This document shows, one piece after another, positions 42,560 through 50,769 of a DNA stretch of 57,772 nt. Positions within the stretch are counted from its first letter, which is position 1; each line of letters starts with the position of its first letter. The notes beneath the pieces are model-generated. The model was not told the DNA's origin and ran no database searches. It saw nothing but the letters and a program-made list of their open reading frames with translations. Origin of the DNA: an uncultured Bifidobacteriaceae bacterium. GTDB lineage: Bacteria > Verrucomicrobiota > Verrucomicrobiia > Limisphaerales > UBA11358. The position numbers and the translations under genes were made by a program. The stretch is taken from positions 1 through 57,772 of the forward strand of contig CAZKTW010000001.1 of assembly GCA_964555775.1 (NCBI GenBank). The letters run 5' to 3'.

Positions 42560-44929
42560 ATGAGATTTCCCTTCAAACTTGCAGTCGCCGACGTGAGGAG
42601 ACTCATTATTTTTGCGGTTTTGACAGTTAGAGCCCGCTTACGCCGGCTCCCAGGAACGACGGGTTCAACGCTCGTTATTGTCCTGGCCATTGTTTCGTCT
42701 GCCGGCGCGCAAAACGCGCCGCATCTTGGCTATGTTTACCCCGCCGGCGGACGGCAGGGCACGACGTTTCAGGTAACGGTGGGCGGACAGTTTCTGGTCA
42801 ATGTCACCAACGCGTTCGTCTCCGGCGCGAGCGTCCAGACGAAGGTCATCGAATATAACCGGCCTCTGAATCAGAAGGAATTCAACGATTTGAGGGACCG
42901 GTTGAAGGCGTTGCAGGAAAAGAAGCAGGACGCGCGGCGGGCCCCGAACTCCACAAATGTTTGGACGACCGTGGACGAAAGGGAGTTCGCCGAAATCAGG
43001 GCCAGGATCATCAAGAACCCGCCAAACCGGCAGGGCAATCCGGCCATCGCCGAAACAGTCATCGTCCAGGTCACACTGGCCACGAACGCCGACCCGGGCG
43101 ACCGGGATTTAAGGCTGGAAACACCGGGCGGGTTGTCGAACCCGCTCATCTTTCGTGTCGGGCAACTGCCGGAATTTTCCCGACCGGCGGCAAAGGCCAT
43201 CAACCCGGACCTGAACAATCTTCTGGAAAGACTGGGCAAAAAACCTGCCACGAACACGGCATCCGAGACGAGCATCACGCTACCGGCGGTGGTGAACGGC
43301 CAGATCATGCCCGGCGGTGTGGATTGGTATCGGTTTCAGGCGCGCAAGGGACAACGGTTGGTCGTTGCCGTCAGCGCGCGGGAATTGATTCCGTACCTGG
43401 CCGACGCCGTGCCGGGCTGGTTTCAGGCCGCCGTTTCACTGCACGATGCGCAGGGCAAGGAATTGAATTACGCCGACCATTTCTGGTTTCATCCGGACCC
43501 GGTTCTCAGCTGTGAAATCCCCAAGGACGGGATCTATCTGGTTCAGGTGCGGGATTCCCTTTATCGCGGTCGTGAAGATTTTGTTTATCGAATTGCGCTG
43601 GGCGAACTGCCACTGGTGACCGGCATCTTTCCGCTGGGCGGCCCGGTGGGCGCCCCAACCCCGGTTGAACTGACCGGCTGGAACCTGCCGGTGACCAATC
43701 TTACGGAGGATGCCGCGGGCAGGAAGCCGGGCATTTATCCGCTGTCCACGCCCGCCGACGAACAAATTTGCAACCACCAGCCATTTGCTCTGGACACGTT
43801 GCCGGAATGCCTGGAGCAGGAACCGAACGATTCGCGGGAAACTGCCCAGGCCGTCACGCTGCCCGTCATCGTCAACGGGCGCATTGATCATCCCGGTGAC
43901 TGGGACGTGTTCCGGTTTGGGGGCAGGACCGGCGACCCGGTGGTGGCGGAAATTTATGCGCGCCGGCTCGATTCCCCGCTGGATTCGGTGCTCAAGCTGA
44001 CCGACGCCGCCGGCAAACAACTGGCGTTCAATGACGATCACGAAGACAAAGGTTCAGGGCTGAACACGCACCATGCCGACTCCTATATCAGCACGGTTCT
44101 GCCGACGAATGGAACCTTTTATCTCTGGCTCGGCGACGCCCAGCACAAGGGTGGTCCGGAATATAGTTATCGTCTGCGCATCAGTCCGCCGCAGCCGGAT
44201 TTCGCGTTGAGAGTTGTTCCGTCCAGCCTCAGTGTTCGCGCCGGCGGGAGCTTTCCGCTCACCGTTTACGCCTTGCGCAAGGACGGATTCACCAACCAGA
44301 TCACGCTGGTTTTGGATGGCGCGCCGGCCGGGTTCAAATTGACGGGTAATTCCATCCCGGCAAGTCAGGATAAAATCCAAATCACGTTGACCACTCCGCC
44401 AATGGCGTTGCCTGACCCTGTCAGCCTGAACATCGAGGGCAGCGCGATGAATCAAGGACAGACGCAACTGCGAAAGGCCGTGCCCGCCGAGGACATGATG
44501 CAAGCGTTCGCCTATCGTCATCTGGTTCCGTCCAAGGAACTGGACGTCGTCGTGTTGGGACGCGCAAATACCCGGGCGACGGTGAAACTTCTCAGTGCGA
44601 CCCCGGTGAAAATTCCCGCCGGCGGGACCACGCGTATTCAAGTCGGCCTGCTGGCGCCGCGGATCGCGGAGCGAGCGCAGTTTGAGTTGAGTAATCCTCC
44701 GGAGGGGATTGTGATCCAAAGTGTGTCGCCGGTCCGCGACGGCCTGGAAATTGTGCTGCAAACCGATGCCGCCAAGGTCAAACCCGGGTTCAAGGGAAAC
44801 CTGATCATCAACGGTTACGCGCCCCGGCCAGCTGAACCGGGAACGCCCAAGCCGAAAGGAAACAACAATCAACGAGTGTCCTTGGGTACCCTGCCCGCCA
44901 TTCCATTCGAAATCATCCCGCCTTCGTGA
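42560..44929 (+). CDS. Secreted protein with PPC (pre-peptidase C-terminal)-like domains
   Basis: Two segments resemble PPC domains: VNGQIMPGGVDWYRFQARKGQRLV and VNGRIDHPGDWDVFRFGG...DSVLKLTDAAGKQLAFNDD. The start is at ATG 42560 or GTG 42542; no canonical start codon lies closer to the hydrophobic signal-like segment. Confidence 0.6.
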   Translation: MRFPFKLAVADVRRLIIFAVLTVRARLRRLPGTTGSTLVIVLAIVSSAGAQNAPHLGYVYPAGGRQGTTFQVTVGGQFLVNVTNAFVSGASVQTKVIEYNRPLNQKEFNDLRDRLKALQEKKQDARRAPNSTNVWTTVDEREFAEIRARIIKNPPNRQGNPAIAETVIVQVTLATNADPGDRDLRLETPGGLSNPLIFRVGQLPEFSRPAAKAINPDLNNLLERLGKKPATNTASETSITLPAVVNGQIMPGGVDWYRFQARKGQRLVVAVSARELIPYLADAVPGWFQAAVSLHDAQGKELNYADHFWFHPDPVLSCEIPKDGIYLVQVRDSLYRGREDFVYRIALGELPLVTGIFPLGGPVGAPTPVELTGWNLPVTNLTEDAAGRKPGIYPLSTPADEQICNHQPFALDTLPECLEQEPNDSRETAQAVTLPVIVNGRIDHPGDWDVFRFGGRTGDPVVAEIYARRLDSPLDSVLKLTDAAGKQLAFNDDHEDKGSGLNTHHADSYISTVLPTNGTFYLWLGDAQHKGGPEYSYRLRISPPQPDFALRVVPSSLSVRAGGSFPLTVYALRKDGFTNQITLVLDGAPAGFKLTGNSIPASQDKIQITLTTPPMALPDPVSLNIEGSAMNQGQTQLRKAVPAEDMMQAFAYRHLVPSKELDVVVLGRANTRATVKLLSATPVKIPAGGTTRIQVGLLAPRIAERAQFELSNPPEGIVIQSVSPVRDGLEIVLQTDAAKVKPGFKGNLIINGYAPRPAEPGTPKPKGNNNQRVSLGTLPAIPFEIIPPS
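42581..42650. repeat. Bipartite dispersed repeat (gcagtcgccgacgtgaggagactc ... agagcccgcttacgccggctcc) inside the 5' end of the CDS
   Basis: Same family as 17785-17855. Confidence 0.65.
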
Positions 44930-44930
44930 G
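44901..44930. repeat. Direct repeat, left copy (ttccattcgaaatcatcccgccttcgtgag), attL-like
   Basis: Covers the last codons and the stop of the 42560-44929 gene. 28/30 identical to 46359-46388. Confidence 0.9.
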
Positions 44931-44952
44931 CCGCTAAAGAATAATTTTCCGA

Positions 44953-44981
44953 TTGAATAAAAACAAGAATGCCATTATTAT
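44953..44981 (+). promoter_or_regulatory. Sigma70-like promoter TTGAAT-N17-TATTAT ending 9 nt before the ATG at 44991
   Basis: Read directly. The geometry implies a leaderless or near-leaderless transcript for the RHH-like gene. Confidence 0.3.
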
Positions 44982-44990
44982 GGAAATGTT

Positions 44991-45215
44991 ATGGCACGCT
45001 CCGAAAACGCACTTAAATCGAAGCAGGTGACGGTTTCGGTAAGCCCACAAATTTATGATTTGCTCACAGAGCTCTCAAAAAGCGGATTCACCGCCAGAAC
45101 AGAAGCGGCTGTGGCCGAAGAAATGATTAGGAAAGGGCTTAATTCCGATGGCCTTATCAGTGAAATCCTGCGCAGCAAAGTGGCCAAGAAGTCTAAAAAA
45201 ATGAAAGTTGTGTGA
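44991..45215 (+). CDS. Small putative ribbon-helix-helix-like DNA-binding protein
   Basis: 74 aa. KQVTVSVSPQIYDLLTELSK...TEAAVAEEMIRKGL fits a beta-alpha-alpha layout, followed by a basic tail. This is a weak, pattern-only call. Confidence 0.4.
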   Translation: MARSENALKSKQVTVSVSPQIYDLLTELSKSGFTARTEAAVAEEMIRKGLNSDGLISEILRSKVAKKSKKMKVV

Positions 45216-45406
45216 ATAAGTTCTTGGATGCCGCAAAAACAAAGCGCCAGATGACTCTTTCCGGCAACGAATAAGTCGTTAGCAAACTGGCTAAGAGATG
45301 GTCAATAAATGGGCGACCATAAAATGAAAAATAAAACGGTTGGTAAGTCCAAGAACTTAATCTTTTACACACAATAATTTCTGGTAAAACAAAGGAACTG
45401 AAAGCC

Positions 45407-45862
45407 ATGAACCTGAACGATTCATTTGAAAAAGTTAGAGAATTCCATGTCGCCTTCGGACATAGGTCTGCCGGCAAGCCCACGATGCTGCCAGAAGAAC
45501 GGGTTGAGAAGCGTTACAATTGGATGCTGGAGGAACTGGAAGAACTGCGTAATGCCAAAACCACCCACGATCAAGCCGATGCGGTAATTGATTTAATGTA
45601 TTTTGCCTTGGGAACGCTGGTTGAAATGGGCGTTAAGCCGGGACCGTTATTTGACATCGTTCACGGCGCAAACATGAAAAAACTGTGGCCAGATGGGAAA
45701 GTTCACTATGCGGAAGATGGAAAGGTGGTTAAGCCTCCTACTTGGAGTCCGCCAGAACCGCAACTGTTGCACGAAATAGAACGCCAATTTAGGGAATCAA
45801 ATGGCCATCACGTTCAAAGAGTTCGAGTCCAAAGCTCAGCAAGTAGATGCGCATCCGCATAG
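45407..45862 (+). CDS. All-alpha NTP pyrophosphohydrolase (MazG-like, COG4696 type)
   Basis: VREFHVAFGH...RYNWMLEELEELRNA...DQADAVIDLMYFALGT...IVHGANMKKLWPDGKV...DGKVVKPPTW matches the E..EE..E / D..D metal-binding helices of this family. Confidence 0.7.
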   Translation: MNLNDSFEKVREFHVAFGHRSAGKPTMLPEERVEKRYNWMLEELEELRNAKTTHDQADAVIDLMYFALGTLVEMGVKPGPLFDIVHGANMKKLWPDGKVHYAEDGKVVKPPTWSPPEPQLLHEIERQFRESNGHHVQRVRVQSSASRCASA

Positions 45863-46112
45863 TGGCGTTAACCCGCGCGAATACGCTTTGACCGGCCTTG
45901 TTGAGGCGGCCGGAAAGTTTAATAAGGTTTTAGAGGCGAATCTATCAGCAGAGAATCTTTCTCCCGAGGATCGCCAAAAGGCAATTGATAATGCCTGGAA
46001 ACTGCTTTGGTTTTTAAGCGTGGCCTGTAATTCTGCCAAAATTTCTTTAGAAGAAGCGGCCCAAGCCGGAATTACAAATTTGGATAATATCGGAGATGAT
46101 CTTCTGCCTTAG
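45801..46112 (+). CDS. MazG-like all-alpha protein, apparently degenerate in acidic motifs
   Basis: EYALTGLVEAAGKFNKVLE...AIDNAWKLLWFLSVACNSAKISLEE parallels the MazG-like pattern L.gEaGEl...ElGDvlwyl...gi.lee, but with several Glu/Asp positions replaced. It overlaps the preceding ORF by 62 nt. Confidence 0.5.
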   Translation: MAITFKEFESKAQQVDAHPHSGVNPREYALTGLVEAAGKFNKVLEANLSAENLSPEDRQKAIDNAWKLLWFLSVACNSAKISLEEAAQAGITNLDNIGDDLLP

Positions 46113-46358
46113 CAACAATCTACGCCAGCATGAATCAGGCCTCAGGCAAGAGGGCGAAGGCTGGCCTTTAACCGCGATTTGCGCGGGAATGACTGAGAAA
46201 GCCGCCGCGCAATCAAAACGGCAATGCTCCTTACTGTTGAATGCCGGTGTGTTGCAGTCAATCCAGCAACGTGATACAACCACCTTTATGAGCCGCCTCT
46301 GGAGCGTTTCATCCGCGCGGCTTTGAAGGCCGGTGACACCACTTTGCCCGCTAACTTA

Positions 46359-46388
46359 TTCCATTCGAAATCATCCCGCTTCCGTGAG
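46359..46388. repeat. Direct repeat, right copy (ttccattcgaaatcatcccgcttccgtgag), attR-like
   Basis: 28/30 identical to 44901-44930. It still reads IPFEIIPLP-stop. The heptamer tgcccgc lies a few nt upstream of both copies. Confidence 0.9.
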
Positions 46389-46461
46389 TTCATATATGGT
46401 TCGATTTTCCGGTCCAAAAAACCGGATTGCATTGAAACCTACTGTCGGATAAGAACAGTTC

Positions 46462-47988
46462 ATGTTAGCGATGGTCTGTTCCGCGGCGCTTAATGGTATT
46501 GAAGCGTATCCGGTCGAAGTCGAGGTCAATGCCGGTTGGGGCGACACCCTCGTCGTCATCGTCGGCCTGCCGGACGCCGCCGTGAAGGAATCGCGCGACC
46601 GCGTCTCCACCGCGCTCACCAATTCCGGGTTTAAATTCCCGATGGGGCGCACCACCATCAACCTCGCGCCGGCCGACGTGAAAAAGGAGGGACCGAGTTT
46701 CGACCTGCCCATTGCGCTGGGCATGCTGGCTGCCGGCGAACAAATCGAGACCGACCAGCTCGACAATTTCATCATCGTGGGTGAACTCGCACTGACCGGC
46801 GCGGTGCGTCCGTGCAAAGGCGTTTTGCCGGTCGCCTTGCGGGCCCGGGCCGACGGCAAAACCGGCGTGCTGGTACCGGCCGAAAATGCCGCCGAAGCCG
46901 CCGTCGTCGATGGTTTGCAGGTGATTCCCGTCCAAAATCTGCGCGAAGCCGCGGGCTTTCTCGAAGGCGAAATTAAAATTGCTCCCACCCGGGTGGATAC
47001 CGCCAAAATCTTCGAACGGCCGCAGGAGGACGACCTGGATTTTGCCGAGGTCAAGGGCCAGGAAAACGTGAAGCGCGCCCTGGAAATCGCCGCCGCCGGC
47101 GGACATAACGCACTGCTTATTGGCCCGCCGGGCACCGGCAAATCCATGCTGGCCAAACGGCTGCCGACAATTCTACCTCCGCTCACCCTGGATGAAGCGC
47201 TCGAGACCACGAAGATCCACAGCATCGTGGGTTTGCTCGCGCCGGGTCAGGCGCTGGTCACCCGCCGGCCGTTTCGCACGCCACACCACACGGCGAGCGA
47301 CGCCGGCCTGCTCGGTGGCAACGTCAATCCCACTCCCGGCGAAATTTCCCTCGCCCACAACGGCGTTTTGTTTCTGGACGAACTGCCGGAGTTCAAGCGC
47401 AGCGTGCTGGAGACCATGCGCCAGCCGCTCGAAGACGGGCGCGTGACCATTTCACGCGCGGCGGGCACGATGACCTTTCCGTCGCAATTCATGCTCATCG
47501 CGGCGATGAACCCGACGCCGGATGGCAAAATGCCGCACGAATCGAGAAGTTCGCCGCGCGAAATTCAGAACTATCTGGGCCGGATCTCCGGGCCGCTGCT
47601 CGACCGGGTGGATTTGCACGTGGAAGTGCCCGCGGTGAAGTTCCGGGAAATCGCCGGTGACCGCACGGGTGAAACCTCGGCGCAAATCCGCGACCGGGTC
47701 GTGGCCGCGCGCCGACGCCAGCACGATCGGTTCAAAGCCAAACCCAAGATCACCTGCAACGCCCGGATGGGCCCGCGCGAATTGAAGCAATTCTGCGAAC
47801 TGGATGAAGCGACCAAGGAGCTGCTGCAAATTGCGATGGCCGATTTGAATCTGAGCGCCCGGGCGTACGACCGGATTTTGAAGGTGGCCCGGACGATTGC
47901 CGACCTGGCTGGCTCGGAAAAAATCCAGAGCGACCATATTTCGGAAGCGATTCAATACCGCTCTCTCGACCGGCAATTGTGGGCGTGA
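46462..47988 (+). CDS. comM: YifB/ComM family Mg-chelatase-like AAA+ ATPase
   Basis: N-terminal Lon-protease-like domain, Walker A (GPPGTGKS), and the [18 protein letters not shown] and C-terminal [18 protein letters not shown] motifs. Confidence 0.92.
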   Translation: MLAMVCSAALNGIEAYPVEVEVNAGWGDTLVVIVGLPDAAVKESRDRVSTALTNSGFKFPMGRTTINLAPADVKKEGPSFDLPIALGMLAAGEQIETDQLDNFIIVGELALTGAVRPCKGVLPVALRARADGKTGVLVPAENAAEAAVVDGLQVIPVQNLREAAGFLEGEIKIAPTRVDTAKIFERPQEDDLDFAEVKGQENVKRALEIAAAGGHNALLIGPPGTGKSMLAKRLPTILPPLTLDEALETTKIHSIVGLLAPGQALVTRRPFRTPHHTASDAGLLGGNVNPTPGEISLAHNGVLFLDELPEFKRSVLETMRQPLEDGRVTISRAAGTMTFPSQFMLIAAMNPTPDGKMPHESRSSPREIQNYLGRISGPLLDRVDLHVEVPAVKFREIAGDRTGETSAQIRDRVVAARRRQHDRFKAKPKITCNARMGPRELKQFCELDEATKELLQIAMADLNLSARAYDRILKVARTIADLAGSEKIQSDHISEAIQYRSLDRQLWA

Positions 47989-48052
47989 CGCTCCCCAGCA
48001 ATGGCCTTGCCGGTGGGTTCAGATTTCGTCAAACTTGAATGGAATCACTCTT

Positions 48053-49972
48053 ATGAACTATCGATTGCGACGTCAGGGAGAGGATTTGGGAGCCTTTTCC
48101 CTGGAAGAATTGCGTCGTCGTCGTGATTCCGGCGAATTGACCGGCAGCGAGTATGTTCAAGGCGAAGGGATGTTGGACTGGCAACCGTTGGATCTGGTAT
48201 TGCAGCAGGGTTATCGCGTTGTGCCTCCCCCATTGCCGGCGTCAGTTTCAAAACGCGGTCAGGGCCAGGGCGTCATCTGGCTGATCGTGGCCGGCGGGGT
48301 GATTTTCTTCATTCTCTTCGCAGCCTTTTTCGCTTATTTGGGAATCAACTTTCAACGCGGGTACCAGTCCGCCATCAGATCCTCCCGTTCCTCGGGGAGT
48401 CCGGACACCCCGCGACCGGAGGCGGAAGCGGCCGCGAGCAAACCCATTTTGTTGGGCGCCAACGCCTTGACCGAGGCCGATGCCCGGAAACGCGGCCGGG
48501 AGTTTCGGGTCCGTCAATGGCTGGAAGGGTACAAACAACGCGGGCGGCGCAACTCCGCCTGCGACGCCACCGTGGTGCAGTATCTTCAGACGTGGATTGC
48601 CCGTAACTACGGCGGGCCGGATGCAACCAATCCGGTTTCCATCGCCCGGCTGACCGAACAACTGGCGGCCGACACCCATTGCACCGACCCACTGGTGCTG
48701 GCGGTCATGGCCAACAACAGCCGGGATGCCTCGAACAAAATTCACCGGTTTGAACTCGCCCTCAATGGTTTTTCCCAATCTCAGCACCGGGCCTATCCCG
48801 GTTTTTACGCCGACGTTGTCCTCGCGGGCTGTCTGAATCCGAAACAGCAGCCGGCCCGGATCGGCGATCTCGACCATGCGGCGCTGGACGGGTTGCGGAA
48901 ATGTTTTGTGGACGGCAGTTTCATGCCGGTGGACCAGCCGGAAATTGCGGAAATATTCGTGAATGGCTGGGGGGACGGCTTTTTTGAAAGAAACGGCGCC
49001 GCGGTTTGCCGCATCGCGAATGAAGCCGGCCCGACGTACCAATGGCTCGCGCTCATGCTGGATGGGGAATATCAGATCACAGAGGCCTGGAAAGCGCGCG
49101 GGAAAGGTTATGCCGACACGGTGACGAAACCGGCCTGGCAAGCTTTTCACAGCCATCTCGCTGCCGCCGAGAAATCGCTCACCGCCGCCTGGACACTGGA
49201 ACCCGGCTTTCCCCTGGCACCGTGCCGCATGATGGCGGTGTCGCTGGGCAATTCAGGCATCGACGACATGCGTCTTTGGTTTGACCGGACCTTGGCGGCC
49301 CAGTTGGATTATCCGGAGGCGTGGTCGGAATTGCGTTGGGGACTTCGCCCGCGCTGGTATGGCAACCAAGCCGCCCTCCTGGACCTGGGCAAAACGGCCG
49401 TCAACACCGGACGCTTTGACACCGATGTTCCGCGCAAATTTTTCGACTGCGTTGCCGATGTGGAAGCGGAGCTGGACCAGCCGGCCGGCCGGCATATTTA
49501 CGGGCGAGAGGACATCTGGCCGGAATTTCAGCGGCTGTATCGGGGTTATATCGCCGAACCGGCGCAGTCGTCCGATCGCGCCGGCTGGCGCACCGCGTAT
49601 GCGGTGGTGGCTTATTTCGCGGGGAAATATGACGTGACCCGGGAACAACTGGAGGCGCTGGACTGGAAACCGGTGCCTGAAACTTTGCGCAATTGGGGCG
49701 CGGACCTCTCGTTCATGCCGCTTGAAGTTGCCGCCCGCACCGGGCCTCTGGGTGAAAAGGTCGCGGCGGCGGAGGCCAGCTACCAAAACCAGAATTTCGC
49801 CGCAGCCCGGCGGCAATACATTGATTTGAGCACCGCCGCCAATCAGGATGCGCGAACCCGGGAGTTTATTCAACACCGCCTCGCGGCGCTTTCGTCCATG
49901 CAATTGTCACCGGAAGGGAAGCTGCAATTGTTGCCGTTGCCACCGCCCGAGTCATCGCCCGCCACCCGTTAA
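48053..49972 (+). CDS. GYF_2 (DUF4339) domain membrane protein with a large C-terminal domain (possibly DUF4034-like)
   Basis: ATG at 48053. GAFSLEELRRRRDSGELTGSEYVQGEGMLDWQPL is GYF-like. One transmembrane helix, then an alpha-rich region of about 480 aa. Confidence 0.6.
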   Translation: MNYRLRRQGEDLGAFSLEELRRRRDSGELTGSEYVQGEGMLDWQPLDLVLQQGYRVVPPPLPASVSKRGQGQGVIWLIVAGGVIFFILFAAFFAYLGINFQRGYQSAIRSSRSSGSPDTPRPEAEAAASKPILLGANALTEADARKRGREFRVRQWLEGYKQRGRRNSACDATVVQYLQTWIARNYGGPDATNPVSIARLTEQLAADTHCTDPLVLAVMANNSRDASNKIHRFELALNGFSQSQHRAYPGFYADVVLAGCLNPKQQPARIGDLDHAALDGLRKCFVDGSFMPVDQPEIAEIFVNGWGDGFFERNGAAVCRIANEAGPTYQWLALMLDGEYQITEAWKARGKGYADTVTKPAWQAFHSHLAAAEKSLTAAWTLEPGFPLAPCRMMAVSLGNSGIDDMRLWFDRTLAAQLDYPEAWSELRWGLRPRWYGNQAALLDLGKTAVNTGRFDTDVPRKFFDCVADVEAELDQPAGRHIYGREDIWPEFQRLYRGYIAEPAQSSDRAGWRTAYAVVAYFAGKYDVTREQLEALDWKPVPETLRNWGADLSFMPLEVAARTGPLGEKVAAAEASYQNQNFAAARRQYIDLSTAANQDARTREFIQHRLAALSSMQLSPEGKLQLLPLPPPESSPATR

Positions 49973-50769
49973 GCGGCGCGGGTTTCATCCATCCGCTTTT
50001 CGGCCCGGGAATCCACCCGCATCCGGTACAGGACGTCCACCACGTTGCGCAAATATTGTTCATCGGCAACCCCCTCCAGCGCCTCGGCGGGAAAATCCAC
50101 CTTGGCCCGGAAATGCGCGGCCAGATCCCCGAACAATTCCACCCGCGCCACGGGGTCAAATTCCTCGCGCCGCAGCAATGCCTGCAGGGCGACGTCCGCT
50201 TCCATCGGTGAAATCCGCTGGCGCAAGCGGGCCGCCAGATGCGGATATTGCCGGAGCGAGTTGTATTTGCCCGCAAGCAACTGGTCGAGGTCCGGCTCGG
50301 CCACGCGCGGGTTCCGGCTGACCACGGTGTTGGCCGCGATATCGCCCAGCCGCTGGCATCGGGGGTTGAGCCAGCAGGTCAGACCACCGACAAAATAGAC
50401 CGCCGGCAGCGAATCCACAAACCGGAGGAGGTTGCGCACGACAATCTGGTTGAATTGCAACCGCATCCCTTCCACGTCCACCACGCGCAGACGAAGCAAT
50501 TTTTTGCCGACCGTCTGGCCGCGCCAGTTCCATTCCAAAAAGATTCCGTAACCAATGCTGATGACAAAATAGCTGATCACCGACAATGCTAAGGCAAAGT
50601 TCGAACTGATCAACTCCAGCAAATTCAAGATGATTCCCAGGCTAAACATCACCGCGCTGATGCATAGTTGATCGATGAACCACGCAAAGAACCGGGTCAC
50701 CGGGCCCGCCAGCAATTGCGAAAACACAATCCCTTCGGACGTGCGGATGAGCAGCCTGCTGGTTTTCAT
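49969..50769 (-). CDS. RDD family membrane protein
   Basis: RFFAWFIDQL...EWNWRGQTVGKKLLRLRVV...RNLLRFVDSLP...QRLGDIAANTVV is the RDD pattern. Confidence 0.8.
   Translation of the reverse strand: MKTSRLLIRTSEGIVFSQLLAGPVTRFFAWFIDQLCISAVMFSLGIILNLLELISSNFALALSVISYFVISIGYGIFLEWNWRGQTVGKKLLRLRVVDVEGMRLQFNQIVVRNLLRFVDSLPAVYFVGGLTCWLNPRCQRLGDIAANTVVSRNPRVAEPDLDQLLAGKYNSLRQYPHLAARLRQRISPMEADVALQALLRREEFDPVARVELFGDLAAHFRAKVDFPAEALEGVADEQYLRNVVDVLYRMRVDSRAEKRMDETRAA

Larger units (their letters stand above)
44931..46358. mobile_element. AT-rich islet of about 1.4 kb bounded by 30-bp direct repeats (integrase-less insertion or island remnant)
   Basis: Flanking direct repeats, a visibly lower GC than the neighbouring DNA, and three small cargo genes with their own promoter-like signal. 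I recognise no recombinase. Confidence 0.45.

Noticed and set aside
45193-45483. 96-aa minus-strand ORF in the islet
   Set aside because: It overlaps the start of the MazG-like gene and the AT-rich spacer. The translation is Phe/Ser/Leu-rich, typical of random ORFs in AT-rich DNA.
46096-46326. 76-aa ORFs (both strands) in the right part of the islet, examined as possible integrase or recombinase remnants
   Set aside because: I found no R..H..R..Y or serine-recombinase-like motifs in any frame I read. They are probably non-coding.
46389-46461. tRNA-like T-arm string (ggttcgatt) next to the right direct repeat, considered as a tRNA integration target
   Set aside because: I could not build an acceptor stem, anticodon arm or cloverleaf around it. 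The adjacent ccggtccaaaaaaccgg is only a small hairpin.
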